Positions 34,925 through 44,752 are shown, counted from the first letter of the stretch. The stretch is 64,000 nt of DNA from Methanomassiliicoccaceae archaeon (GCA_040776945.1 JAXGZN010000001.1:473545-537544), one strand, 5' to 3'. A program made the numbers and translations. Notes: generated by a model from the letters alone, not told the origin.

Positions 34925-35899
34925 TCACGTCCGGGCCACTATCTGGTCTTTGACCGCTTGGCCTCTAGCCACCACACAGTCCGGCCCAATGATGCTGCCT
35001 TGGACCTTCGCCCCTTCCTCGATGAGCGCTCCTCTCAGTACCATGCTCTCGGAGACCTCCGCTCCCTTGGATATCAGCACGTCGTCCTCAATGTACACAT
35101 GGGGGCCGATCCGGCAACCCCGGAGGTGCGATCGCTGGACCATGTTGACGCCCGTCAGCATAGCGTCGTCCTCCTTGATCATCTCAGGAGATATCCTCCC
35201 TCCTCCAAGGTCCAAGAGGGTCCGTTGGGCGACCAGTATGTTCTCCCTGGTGCCGCAATCTATCCAATGGCCCTTGAACTCATACCCATGGAGCCCCTTG
35301 TTCAGTATTTTGGGGAAGACGTCCCGCTCCAGGGAAACGACACCCGCCGGTATATGGTCGAGCAACTCCTTCTCGAAGATGTATACCCCGGCGTTAATGG
35401 AGTTGGATATCGCCTCCTCTTTCGCCGGCTTCTCCTGGAAGGAGGTTATGCGCCCCCTCGAGTCCCTGCCCACGACCCCGAAGGCCGACGGATCGTCCAC
35501 CCTCCACAGCGCCATGGTCCCTATGCCGCCGTGCTCACGGTGGTGGTGGAGCATGTCGTTGAGGTCCACCGAACATACTACGTCCCCATTGAAGGCGATG
35601 AAAGTGTCATTGATATAGTGCGCCACGTTCTTCACCGCGCCGCCAGTGCCGAGCGGCGCCTCCTCGTTCACCAGGACGACCTTGCGGCCGACATCGTGAG
35701 AGCTGAAGTATGCGTCCAGAGCATCTTTCATGTACGACACGGCAAGGACCACTGTGTCCACCTCAGCAGGAAGCGGATCGATGATGTGATCGACTAGCGG
35801 CCTGCCAAGCAAAGGTATCAGAGGCTTGGGCATCCTGTAGGTGAGCGGCCTGAGGCGGGTGCCTAGGCCCCCGGCCAGGATGAGCGCTTTCATCTCCAC
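34925..35899 (-). CDS. sugar-1-phosphate nucleotidyltransferase with LbH C-terminus (mannose-1-P guanylyltransferase-like)
   Basis: KALILAGGLGTRLRPLTYRMPKPLIP is the NTP-transferase signature. Hexapeptide repeats occupy the C-terminus. Confidence 0.85.
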   Translation of the reverse strand: MEMKALILAGGLGTRLRPLTYRMPKPLIPLLGRPLVDHIIDPLPAEVDTVVLAVSYMKDALDAYFSSHDVGRKVVLVNEEAPLGTGGAVKNVAHYINDTFIAFNGDVVCSVDLNDMLHHHREHGGIGTMALWRVDDPSAFGVVGRDSRGRITSFQEKPAKEEAISNSINAGVYIFEKELLDHIPAGVVSLERDVFPKILNKGLHGYEFKGHWIDCGTRENILVAQRTLLDLGGGRISPEMIKEDDAMLTGVNMVQRSHLRGCRIGPHVYIEDDVLISKGAEVSESMVLRGALIEEGAKVQGSIIGPDCVVARGQAVKDQIVART

Positions 35900-35924
35900 T
35901 CGGGCCTGAGGGGATCGATGCGGT

Positions 35925-36140
35925 TCACAACGGGGAGATGCTCACGACATTATTGCCGCGCAGGACCACTATCCCCAGTCGCCTGGTCTGCTCGGAGGTC
36001 CGCTCCTCGGTGTCCTCGAGGACCATGTTCATATAATCATCGTAACCGACCAGCTTCCCCTCGAGGACCCTGGTGTCCTTGAGCAGGAGGGAGATCCGGT
36101 GGTCCATCGACTTCTCGAGCAGAGCGAGCGGCATCACCAT
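35925..36140 (-). CDS. Sm-like archaeal protein (LSm/SmAP)
   Basis: Sm1/Sm2 motifs are present (ISLLLKDTRVLEGKLVGYDDYMNMVLEDTEE ... IVVLRGNNVVSI), at 71 aa. Confidence 0.9.
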   Translation of the reverse strand: MVMPLALLEKSMDHRISLLLKDTRVLEGKLVGYDDYMNMVLEDTEERTSEQTRRLGIVVLRGNNVVSISPL

Positions 36141-36291
36141 AAATAATCACTTATCTTGGCATTGTAGGGGCGTAATTTAAGCTTTCCGCAGGAGCGAGGA
36201 GGGACCAAGCGGCCCCAGGGCGGTCCTTCCATTCCGATGGTCGGACCTCAGAATACATTATATCCGATGATATTATTCAAAACTAGCACTC

Positions 36292-38091
36292 ATGGACGCG
36301 GAGACCCGGCTGATCCTCGACATCGCCCTCATACTTGGTTCGGCGGGGCTGCTCAGCATCGTCTTCGGGAAGCTTAGGCTGCCAACGGTCATCGGGTATC
36401 TTGCTGGGGGCGTCCTTTTAGGCTCCAGCGTTGTGCAGGGCCTTCAGATGGATCAAGCGACGCTTTCCATCTTCTCCACCATTGGCATAATCCTGCTGAT
36501 GTTCTTCATCGGCATCGAGTTGAACCTCAAGGGGCTCCGCCATACCGGGCCGGCGGCGTTCCTCATCGTTTCCATCGAGATGACCATCGTGGTCATCGTC
36601 GGCTACTATTTTGGCCTGTTCATCGGTCTGGATGATACCCAAGCGATCTTCCTGGGAGCCATCCTCTCCGGCGCCAGCACAGCCGCTGTCCTGTTGGTCG
36701 CCAAGGGGAACGGGCACATCGACCGTGATCTATCCAGGGCGCTGATGTCCATCATGGTGTTCGAGGACATCGCGCAGATCATCATCCTAACGCTGGCATC
36801 GCCGATGGCCACCGGCACCGTGGCGGCCCCTGGAGCGGAATACTGGATAGTCCTGGAGATCGTTGCCTTCATGGGTCTGACCGTCCTGATCGGCCTCATG
36901 GTCCTGCCTCGCGGCCTGGACTGGCTGCGGAGGAACTACACCAAGGAGACGGTCCTCATCGTTTCCCTGGCGCTGTGCTTCGTGATGGCCTTCATCTCCG
37001 GGTTCATCGGACTTTCGGTCGCCATCGGCGCCTTCCTCGCAGGCCTCATCATCTCAGAGTCCTCATGCAGCGACCTCGTCCGGCGGAGGATCGAGCCGAT
37101 GAAGGAGGTGTTCATCGCCATCTTTTTCATCGCCATCGGCATGCGCATCGATGTCGGGATGGTGGCCGGCAACATCCTGCTTTGCCTTGGCATCGCCGCG
37201 GTGTTCATCGTTACCAAGATGTCGTCCATCCTGTTCGCCTCCTACCTCACGACGATGGACCCGCGCTCTTCCTTCTATCTTTCGACCAGCATGGTGGCGA
37301 TGGGCGAGTTCGGTTTCATAATAGCCACCCTTGGTCTGGGGGCGGGGATCCTGGACCTTGAGCTGTACTCTACGATCATAGGGGCCGCCCTAATTACTAT
37401 GATCGCGCTACCTCTGCTGTCGCGGTCCGCACCGCAGATATATGAGCGCGCCTCGAGGGCCTCGCCGTCCTGGGCCTACGAAGCTATGCGCCGCATGGAA
37501 GGGACCAGGGCCGAGGTCCGGAGGAAGTTGGACATCTCCCCGGAATTTCGCCTGGGGGTCCGGCAGCAGCTGCTGCTCATCTTCGTGGACCTCATTTTCA
37601 TCATCACCATGCTCATCGTGTTCAACCTGATACCAGTGGTGAGGGCCGCCATATCGCCCGTGGCCGGGGAGATGCATATCCTGCCTTCCCTGCTGCTTTT
37701 CATAACCACCGTGATCCTCATATCCCCGGTGGTGGTGAACATCGTGGCACGACTGCGGCTCATCGCGTTCATCATCATGATCAACGTCTCCGAGGGGGGC
37801 CGCCACTCCATCTCCGGGCGCATGCGGATCTATCGCATATTTAGGAACGCGGGCCAGATACTGGTACTGGTCGTGCTCCTGCTCATGTTCGCGCCCTTCC
37901 TTCCGCCGGTCGGGATATTGGATGCCACCGCCGTCCTGGCCCTGGTCTTCATGGTGGCCATGTTGTCCGTTCTGTCGTGGGGCGTGCTGCGTCCGGCGTT
38001 CGACCGTGCCTCCTCGGCCTTCATGGCCAGACTGGTCCTGATGAACGACAGGGACAATGGGTCCGAGGATAGGGCGTACTGCGATGACTAG
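36292..38091 (+). CDS. cation:proton antiporter (CPA2/Kef-type Na_H exchanger) with extra C-terminal membrane domain
   Basis: The N-terminus reads LILDIALILGSAGLLSIVFGKLRLPTVIGYLAGGVLLG, followed by an exchanger core of about 380 aa. The last 200 aa or so contain four more hydrophobic helices instead of a KTN/TrkA domain. Confidence 0.8.
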   Translation: MDAETRLILDIALILGSAGLLSIVFGKLRLPTVIGYLAGGVLLGSSVVQGLQMDQATLSIFSTIGIILLMFFIGIELNLKGLRHTGPAAFLIVSIEMTIVVIVGYYFGLFIGLDDTQAIFLGAILSGASTAAVLLVAKGNGHIDRDLSRALMSIMVFEDIAQIIILTLASPMATGTVAAPGAEYWIVLEIVAFMGLTVLIGLMVLPRGLDWLRRNYTKETVLIVSLALCFVMAFISGFIGLSVAIGAFLAGLIISESSCSDLVRRRIEPMKEVFIAIFFIAIGMRIDVGMVAGNILLCLGIAAVFIVTKMSSILFASYLTTMDPRSSFYLSTSMVAMGEFGFIIATLGLGAGILDLELYSTIIGAALITMIALPLLSRSAPQIYERASRASPSWAYEAMRRMEGTRAEVRRKLDISPEFRLGVRQQLLLIFVDLIFIITMLIVFNLIPVVRAAISPVAGEMHILPSLLLFITTVILISPVVVNIVARLRLIAFIIMINVSEGGRHSISGRMRIYRIFRNAGQILVLVVLLLMFAPFLPPVGILDATAVLALVFMVAMLSVLSWGVLRPAFDRASSAFMARLVLMNDRDNGSEDRAYCDD

Positions 38092-38600
38092 GGCTCCGAG
38101 CCCTTGGCCTTTTCCTCCATCCACCGCTTGACCGCGTTCCTGCTGGTACCCTCCACCCCGAAGTACTCGCAGAACCGCTTGGTCGTCGTCAGTAGGAGGG
38201 TCTGCCCCTGCTTCTTGGCGGCGACCAGGCCAAGCTGCTGCAGCGTCCGTACATCATCGTACACTCGGCTTCCCAAGGACCGCGCCAGGTCGCTCTGCAA
38301 TATAGGTTGATGGTAGGCGATCATCGCCGCAGCGCGAAGGACCTCGTCCGGCACCTCTTTGGGAGCGAACTGCCGGCCGAAGGGGCGGTATGCCTCTCTG
38401 ACAATGAACGCGTATCCCGCTCCGGTCCGCGCGACCTGAATGGCCGAACCCCGGCCGTCGTATTCTTCTTCCAACTTCTTCAGTGCCCGGCGCACCACCG
38501 TCCCGGTGAGCTGCGTCTGCACCTCGATGTCGGAGACCTTGACTGGCTGGGCCGCGGAGAACAGTACCGTCTCCACGATGCGGACGGGGTCCAGGTCCAC
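38088..38600 (-). CDS. scpB: segregation and condensation protein B
   Basis: IVETVLFSAAQPVKVSDI and two winged-helix halves are present, at 170 aa. It lies immediately downstream of scpA. Confidence 0.85.
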   Translation of the reverse strand: MDLDPVRIVETVLFSAAQPVKVSDIEVQTQLTGTVVRRALKKLEEEYDGRGSAIQVARTGAGYAFIVREAYRPFGRQFAPKEVPDEVLRAAAMIAYHQPILQSDLARSLGSRVYDDVRTLQQLGLVAAKKQGQTLLLTTTKRFCEYFGVEGTSRNAVKRWMEEKAKGSEP

Positions 38601-38601
38601 C

Positions 38602-39507
38602 TCACATCACCGCTTCCTTGCTCCGAGGAAGGACCTGGGGAGCGGGTTCGGGGGCCGCGTCCTCCAGCGTCCCGATGTCCCAGTCCAGCTTCACTTCGAG
38701 CTTAATGGTGCCGAAGGGGCTGTCGTCCTGCCACACCGAGATGCGGCCGCTCCTTGCGAGGAAGAGGATGGACATCAACACCGTGACAAGATCCTCGCGT
38801 CCCCCGTTCCAGATATCGTTGATGTCCACCGGCCCAGATCCGCATCTGGAGATGCGCTGCCACACATTCTCGACATCCCTCTCCAGGTCATCATTGTGGG
38901 CCTTGGTATCGAAGGCGCCCTCCATCTTGGCGCGATTGGCCTCGCGGATGCGCTCTCGGATCGCGTTGCGCTCTTCCTCCTCCCGGGCCTCCTGGAAGGC
39001 ATCTAGCAGCTCCAGCAGGGTGACCGGCCTCGAGCCGCGATGACGGACCACCTCGTCCAGCTCGATCTCGTCAGGGAGAACGAGAACCCGGCGGGGCTCG
39101 TCCGTCTCGAACAGGTCCATGCCCTCCAGGTCGTCCATGCAATCTCCGGACGGTCCCTCGGAGCCGCTGAGCACCTGCTCGCTCTGCATGCGCAGGATGG
39201 ACCACGCCATCAGCATGAGCTTGCCCGCCAGGACGAAGTTGACCTCCTCTTCCCGTACCCGCTCAGCGTACAGCTTGCTGAACTTCAAGAGGTCGATGTC
39301 CCAGGGATCGAGGTCGTTGGACAGCACCAGTTCGAACACCGTCTCGATAGAGCGGTCCAGAGGATCACGGGACGGCGGCGAGGTGCCTGCGCTCCGCAGC
39401 ACCGAAAGATAGCGATCTATCTTCTCCGAACCCTTGCTCTCGTCGATCATCGCCTTGTGGAACAGCAGGTGCCCCAGCACCCCTTCCGCGGCATCGCAGG
39501 CCATCAT
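38602..39507 (-). CDS. scpA: segregation and condensation protein A (kleisin)
   Basis: LDPWDIDLLKFSKLY is an N-terminal kleisin motif. The start overlaps the smc stop as ATGA. Confidence 0.85.
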   Translation of the reverse strand: MMACDAAEGVLGHLLFHKAMIDESKGSEKIDRYLSVLRSAGTSPPSRDPLDRSIETVFELVLSNDLDPWDIDLLKFSKLYAERVREEEVNFVLAGKLMLMAWSILRMQSEQVLSGSEGPSGDCMDDLEGMDLFETDEPRRVLVLPDEIELDEVVRHRGSRPVTLLELLDAFQEAREEEERNAIRERIREANRAKMEGAFDTKAHNDDLERDVENVWQRISRCGSGPVDINDIWNGGREDLVTVLMSILFLARSGRISVWQDDSPFGTIKLEVKLDWDIGTLEDAAPEPAPQVLPRSKEAVM

Positions 39508-42500
39508 GGTGATTCCTCCATCTTCTCTTCCGCTATCTTGAGCTCGGCCGGAAGCTCGCTCACATCGGAGATGTTGGGGCGGATTATCACATGGGATATG
39601 CCGCCCTCCTGCTTGGTGACCCCGATAATGTGGTCGGCCTTGGTGAGAGTTATCTTTCTCAGCGATATCTGAACGAACTGCGCGGTCTTGGACGATTTTT
39701 GGACCCGTCTCGCGACCATGTCCGCATTGATGCCGTCCAGGAACATGTCCACCTCGTCCAAGAGATAGAACGGCGACGGCTGGAACTCTTGGATGGCGAA
39801 GATGAAGGCGAGCGCGGTCAGCGACTTCTCCCCACCGCTCAGCGCTTCCAGCCTGAGGACCTTTCCCTGCTTGGGCTTGGCCTTGATCGCCAGTCCTCCC
39901 TGGAACGGCTCCTCGGGGTCCTCCAGAAGTAGCTCGGCCTCTCCTCCTTGGGAAAGGTCGGCGTATGCCCGGCGGAAGTTTTGGTTGACCGCATCATAGA
40001 CCTTAATGAGAGCGCCCTTCTTCTTATGGTTCAGCTCCCCCTCCAGCTTGAGGAGGTCTCTGCGCTGGGCCTCCAGCCTCCGGGTCTCGGCGCTCAGCTC
40101 GTCGTGCCTCGCCTTCTTCTCGGAGTAGTCGTCCACCGCCTTGAGGTTGACCGGACCCATGGACGCTATGGCGGCATCGCACTGCCGTATGATGTCCTTC
40201 AGATGGTCGATCGACGGCGCCGGGAGATCGACCTGAACGCCGAGCTGCTTGAGCTCCTCTTCCAGCTCCCCTATGCGAACCTGCCCCTGAGCGATGCGGG
40301 TGTTCAGCCCGATGATGATCTCGGCCTTCGTCTCCACGGTCCCGGTTATGCGGTCCCTCTCCCCTTCCAGGCCGGTCTTCTCGCGGAAGAGCGATTCCTT
40401 CCTCTGCCGGAGACCGATCATCTCCTGTCCCATGGAGTCCTCGATCTTGCGGAGGGCTGCAAGGTCGGTCCGCGCGCGGACCGCCTGACCATTCGCCTCC
40501 TCGCCCTCTCTCTTCAGCCGGGCGAGCTTATCGGCAAGCTGCCTCCCGGCGTCCGCGAGCTCATCGCGGCGCTTCTGGGTCAGCTTGATCCTCGCATCCA
40601 GGGTGTCCCTGGCGGAGCGCATCTCAGAGGCGCCCGCGGTCAGCCCGGCGACCTCGTCCTGAAGAGACTTGAGCTTCTGCGAAAGCTCGCGCGGGGCGAG
40701 CCTTTCCAGCTTCGCCCTCGCCTCGTCCCGGCCAGCCCTAAGGTCGGCGAGGTCCTTCTCTGACCTCGTGATCTTGTCCACCAGCTCGGCCAGCGCACTT
40801 AAGGTCTGGGCCATCTCCTCGGCCCTCCTGCCCTTCTCCGCGGTGGCCTGGGCCAGCTTGGCCCTCAGCTCGTCCCTCTGACGCTCCAGGGCCTTGAGGG
40901 TGACCGACGACGCGCCGCCGGCCCCGGTCAGCTCTCGGATCCGAGCCTCCAGTACCATCATGTCCGAGCGCAACTGGGACAGGTCCGCCTGAAGCTTGGT
41001 GGACGACTGGATAGCCGCGTCCAGCTTGGCAGAGGCCTCCTCGATCTTGCCCTTCGCGGCCGCACCGAACCTCAGCTGGGACTGCTCCACGTTGCCGCCC
41101 ACCATGGCCCCCGAGGCCTCCAGCAGCTCGCCTCCCTGGGTGACCAGGCGCACCCCTCCCATGAGACGGCGCGCCTTATCCAGGGTGTCCACGACGACGG
41201 TGTCCCCGAGCACGTACCAGAACGCCGCGCGGTATCTCTCATCGAACTTCACCAGGTCGATGGCAAAACCCGCGGCATCCTTGGCGGCCATGATGGCCTT
41301 TCCCCTCGGACGGCCGTCCAGCATCTTGGTCAGGGGCAGGAAGGTGGCCCTGCCCAGGCCGTTCCGCTTCAAGTGCTGTATGCACTGCGACGCAACCTCG
41401 TCATCATCGACCACGATGGCCTGCATGCGGTTCCCGGCGGCGATGTTCAGCGCCGTCTGGTATCGCGGATCCACCTCTGCCAGCTCGGCGATGGTGCCGT
41501 GCACGCCCCTGATCGTCCTAGAGTCCCGCGCCTCCATGATCCCGCGCACCGCGCGGTTGTAGCCCCGGGCGATCTCCCCGGCAGCCTCCTCCTCTGCCTT
41601 CAGCCTGGAAACCTCCCGCTGCAACGATTTGATCGCCTGCTCCAGCTCGTTGGACTCGCGGGCCATCCGGGACTCGGCGCCCTTCTTCTGGAGGTATTCC
41701 TCTTGCAAGGCCTTGAGCTCTTTTCCCGAGCCCCGGTCCTGGTCCTTGATCTCCTTGATCTTCCACTCCGCGTCGGTGACCCCGAACTCATGGGCCTTGA
41801 GGTCCTCGTCGAACTCGGCCGCCTCCGATGCCAGACGGTCCCTGCGGCCTTCAAGGCGTTCCTTCTCCATGCTGAGCTTGTTCAACGCCTCCTCGTTCTC
41901 CCTGACCGCCTTCTCGCGGGCCGCGATGTCGCCCTCCAGCGCTGCCAGTTCGGTATCGCAGGCGCTTATCTTGCCCTGCACCTCAGCCAACTGCTCCTTT
42001 CTGGAGGCCAGGTCGGCGACGGCCTTCTCCAGCAGCGCGGCCTTCGCATCGTGGTCGGAGACCAGAGAGGTCACCTCGGCTGCGGTTGCCCTCTCCTCCT
42101 CGGCCTTATCCTCTATCTCCGCTCCAACCTCCAACGCTCCCTGTTCGGACGAGGCGGCGCGGTCCTCCGACCGGGCCACAAGGATCTTGATGGCATCGAT
42201 CCTCTCTTTTAGCTCACGGAACTCCTTACCTCCTTTGGCCTCGAGCTCGCGGTCGGTGTCCGCCATCCCTTGGTCCAGTTGTCCGATGCGCTCGGCTATG
42301 GCACCCTTCCGCTCCCTTAGCTTCACGACCTCGGCCTGGATATTGGCGATCTGCCTTTGGACGCTGACGATCTCCACCTCGGCGGCCTCCTTCTGCCTGT
42401 GGGCCAGCTGGGCCTTGGAGCGCGTGAGCGTCTCCCTGGTCCGGAGATAGGTCATAGCCACCTCCTTTTCCTGCTCCAATTGGTCGATCTGCCGCTGCAG

Positions 42501-43106
42501 CTCAGAAAGGATGATCGAGATGCGCTCGATGTTGGCGTCTGCCTCGTCCCTCTCCCCCTGGGCCTTCATGATCTCCTCGTCGAACTTGGAGATCCCGGAG
42601 ATATCGTCCAGGATCCTCCGCCGCTCGAGATTGGACATGGTCACCACGCGGGTGACGTCGCCCTGCTGGACGAAGTTGTAGCCGTCGGCGCTGATGCGGG
42701 CGTTGGAGAGCAGCATGTCGAACTCTCCCAAGGATGACCTGCGGTCGTTCACATAGAAGTAAGAGCTGTACCCGTCACCCTCGGAGGCCGTCTTCACCAG
42801 CCGGGTCAGGCGCACGGTGTCGTCATCGATGGGTATCAGGCGGTCCTTGTTGTCGAACACCAGGGAGACCTTGCAGTGGTCGGCCGGACGTTTGCTGCTG
42901 CCTCCGTTGAATATGAGATCGGTTAGCTTTCCGGCACGTATCGCCCGCGAACTCTTGGGCCCGAGCACAAAAAGTATGGCGTCGGAGATGTTGGACTTCC
43001 CCGATCCATTGGGCCCGGTGACCGCGGTGTAGCCCTCCAGTAGAGGGACCGTCAGCTTCCTGCCGAAAGACTTGAAGTTCTCCAGCTCGATCTGTCTAAG
43101 GTACAT
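39504..43106 (-). CDS. smc: chromosome segregation protein SMC
   Basis: It is 1200 aa with N-terminal Walker A (VTGPNGSGKSNI), long coiled coils, a hinge (GVHGTIAELAEVD), a C-terminal LSGGEKSLTALAF signature and Walker B YLLDEVD. Confidence 0.95.
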   Translation of the reverse strand: MYLRQIELENFKSFGRKLTVPLLEGYTAVTGPNGSGKSNISDAILFVLGPKSSRAIRAGKLTDLIFNGGSSKRPADHCKVSLVFDNKDRLIPIDDDTVRLTRLVKTASEGDGYSSYFYVNDRRSSLGEFDMLLSNARISADGYNFVQQGDVTRVVTMSNLERRRILDDISGISKFDEEIMKAQGERDEADANIERISIILSELQRQIDQLEQEKEVAMTYLRTRETLTRSKAQLAHRQKEAAEVEIVSVQRQIANIQAEVVKLRERKGAIAERIGQLDQGMADTDRELEAKGGKEFRELKERIDAIKILVARSEDRAASSEQGALEVGAEIEDKAEEERATAAEVTSLVSDHDAKAALLEKAVADLASRKEQLAEVQGKISACDTELAALEGDIAAREKAVRENEEALNKLSMEKERLEGRRDRLASEAAEFDEDLKAHEFGVTDAEWKIKEIKDQDRGSGKELKALQEEYLQKKGAESRMARESNELEQAIKSLQREVSRLKAEEEAAGEIARGYNRAVRGIMEARDSRTIRGVHGTIAELAEVDPRYQTALNIAAGNRMQAIVVDDDEVASQCIQHLKRNGLGRATFLPLTKMLDGRPRGKAIMAAKDAAGFAIDLVKFDERYRAAFWYVLGDTVVVDTLDKARRLMGGVRLVTQGGELLEASGAMVGGNVEQSQLRFGAAAKGKIEEASAKLDAAIQSSTKLQADLSQLRSDMMVLEARIRELTGAGGASSVTLKALERQRDELRAKLAQATAEKGRRAEEMAQTLSALAELVDKITRSEKDLADLRAGRDEARAKLERLAPRELSQKLKSLQDEVAGLTAGASEMRSARDTLDARIKLTQKRRDELADAGRQLADKLARLKREGEEANGQAVRARTDLAALRKIEDSMGQEMIGLRQRKESLFREKTGLEGERDRITGTVETKAEIIIGLNTRIAQGQVRIGELEEELKQLGVQVDLPAPSIDHLKDIIRQCDAAIASMGPVNLKAVDDYSEKKARHDELSAETRRLEAQRRDLLKLEGELNHKKKGALIKVYDAVNQNFRRAYADLSQGGEAELLLEDPEEPFQGGLAIKAKPKQGKVLRLEALSGGEKSLTALAFIFAIQEFQPSPFYLLDEVDMFLDGINADMVARRVQKSSKTAQFVQISLRKITLTKADHIIGVTKQEGGISHVIIRPNISDVSELPAELKIAEEKMEESP

Positions 43107-43110
43107 TCGT

Positions 43111-43126
43111 CCTCCGCGTTCGGAGG
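43111..43126 (-). promoter_or_regulatory. perfect 6-bp hairpin enclosing the smc Shine-Dalgarno sequence
   Basis: The minus-strand mRNA reads CCUCCG-AACG-CGGAGG-ACGA-AUG. The GGAGG that sits 4 nt before the smc AUG is the 3' arm of the hairpin. Confidence 0.5.
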
Positions 43127-43416
43127 CGAAAGAGGACCCCTGGTAAGACCGGCGGTCCGTTCTCGCATCCCATCTTCCAGTCCGACGCGTGTCGGACAGT
43201 AGAAAGAAATGAAATGTGAATATATAAGTCTTGTTGCCTGCATGCCGATCACATTGTAGAAAAAGATGTCTGAGCCAGTATGCACAGGAAAAATTGTATT
43301 AAAATATTGGAAAAAATCTTTTCGGATCGTTGTTCTAGCTCCTAGGATTCGTCCATTTCGGTCATTGGTTTGTTGGACAATGATGACGTTCATGACCTGA
43401 CCGGGCCTACGTCGCC

Positions 43417-43426
43417 AAGTATAAGA
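43417..43426 (+). promoter_or_regulatory. TATA-like box (AAGTATAAGA) for the PIG-L gene
   Basis: It is centred 23-29 nt upstream of GTG 43444 / ATG 43450. Confidence 0.4.
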
Positions 43427-43449
43427 CCTGACCGACGGTTCCCGTGACG

Positions 43450-44082
43450 ATGTCCAAGATACTGCTCCTGTCGCCCCATACCGATGACGTCGAGCTCGGA
43501 TGCGGGGGCAGCGTGGCCAAGTTCATCGAGCAGGGGCACGACCTTCTATGGATCGCGTTCTCGGTGGCGGAGGACTCGCTGCCCGCAGGCATGCCCAAGG
43601 ACACTTTGGCCAAGGAGTTCGAGAAGGTCGTTCAGATCTACGGTCTCGGACCGGATCAGCGCGAGATCCTGGGCTTCAAGGTCCGCCATATGAGCGAGCG
43701 CAGGCAGGAGGTGCTCGACCACCTTGTCCGCGTAAGGAGCAGGTTCGGGCCGGACATCGTCGTAGGACCGTCGATCCACGACCACCACCAGGACCACCAG
43801 GTGGTGGCCAACGAGATGGTCCGAGCCTTCAAGTCCTCGGCCAGCATCATGTGCTATGAGCTACCGTGGAACAATGTGCGGTTCGACGACCAGCTGTTCG
43901 TGACACTAAACGAGGAGCATATGGACAAGAAATGGGAGGCGCTCCAGGTCTACCGGTCCCAGCTGGCCAAGGATCGCAGCTACTTCGAGAGGGAGTTCAT
44001 CTTCGGAACGGCGCGAATGCACGGGGTGCAGTGCAACCATAGGTATGCTGAGGCCTTCGAGGTCGTCCGATGGCGGATGTAG
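43450..44082 (+). CDS. PIG-L/LmbE-family N-acetylglucosaminyl deacetylase
   Basis: ILLLSPHTDDVELGCGG (the HPDD-type zinc motif) and HQDHQ are present. GTG at 43444 is the alternative start. Confidence 0.8.
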   Translation: MSKILLLSPHTDDVELGCGGSVAKFIEQGHDLLWIAFSVAEDSLPAGMPKDTLAKEFEKVVQIYGLGPDQREILGFKVRHMSERRQEVLDHLVRVRSRFGPDIVVGPSIHDHHQDHQVVANEMVRAFKSSASIMCYELPWNNVRFDDQLFVTLNEEHMDKKWEALQVYRSQLAKDRSYFEREFIFGTARMHGVQCNHRYAEAFEVVRWRM

Positions 44083-44101
44083 TCCGCGGTCCCTCTGGCG
44101 C

Positions 44102-44752
44102 CTATGGATCGAAACGCATTCTGGACCATCGCTCTTCACGAGCCTCCAGGTCAGCGAGGGAGTGTATGTCCGATCCCCTCACCATGGCCACGCCTCTTCG
44201 TGCAGCGGCCTTGATCCAGCGGGGTCCTGGGGTCATATATCGAGCGTTGATCTCCAAGGCAACGCGGTGACGCGCCATGAGCCCCATTATCTCATCTAGC
44301 TCATCCTGCTCAATGCCTATGCCAGAGCGGTCGGTGAACGTCCCGGGATGAGCCCAGGCATGCGCTCTGCCCGAGGACAGGACCGCGCGGAGAGCATCCA
44401 TGAACTTGCCCTTATCCGCTGGGAAGGAGTGGAATGCAAAGATAGGGTAATCGACCGATTCAAGGATGTTGTCCTCCACGTCCAAGGAGCCGTCGGGTAG
44501 CACCTTGGCCTCCAGTCCCGAGAGGACCGTCAGTCCGGGTCTCCTCTTGGCCTTGTCGATATCGTCCAACAGAGTTCCGAAGTCGTAGTCCAAGGACCTC
44601 CTGACATGCTCTGTGAACGCCATCAAGGGTATGGACAGTCGCTCCGCGGCATCGCAAAGCTGCTCCACGCTCGCGCTTCCATCGGTCATGGCGGTATGGA
44701 CATGCCACTCGCCCGATAACCTGAGGCCCTCATATCTCTGCCAGGCCCTCAT
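44102..44752 (-). CDS. PHP-domain (polymerase/histidinol-phosphatase type) phosphoesterase
   Basis: EWHVHTAMTDGS, AFTEH, FAFHSF and VRGSDIHS His/Asp metal-ligand blocks are present. ATG at 44752 overlaps the ATP-grasp stop as ATGA. The track's 61-codon extension is Gly/His/Arg-rich. Confidence 0.75.
   Translation of the reverse strand: MRAWQRYEGLRLSGEWHVHTAMTDGSASVEQLCDAAERLSIPLMAFTEHVRRSLDYDFGTLLDDIDKAKRRPGLTVLSGLEAKVLPDGSLDVEDNILESVDYPIFAFHSFPADKGKFMDALRAVLSSGRAHAWAHPGTFTDRSGIGIEQDELDEIMGLMARHRVALEINARYMTPGPRWIKAAARRGVAMVRGSDIHSLADLEAREERWSRMRFDP

Noticed and set aside
37408-38124. 238-aa minus-strand ORF opposite the CPA2 antiporter
   Set aside because: It has extreme Gly/His/Asp/Arg/Gln composition. 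The plus strand encodes hydrophobic TM helices consistent with the transporter.
39948-42450. Several 270-280-aa plus-strand ORFs inside smc
   Set aside because: They are Leu/Arg/Pro/Gly-rich mirror frames of the SMC coiled coil (the antisense of Glu/Lys/Ala/Leu repeats). They are not independent genes.
43052-43393. 113-aa minus-strand ORF spanning the smc start and the AT-rich spacer
   Set aside because: It overlaps the smc N-terminus out of frame and runs through promoter-like AT-rich DNA. The composition is not protein-like in its GC-rich part.
43230-43410. Possible replication origin in the AT-rich spacer
   Set aside because: I found no ORB-type repeated elements, no inverted mini-ORB pairs and no adjacent orc1/cdc6 gene. 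AT-richness alone is insufficient.
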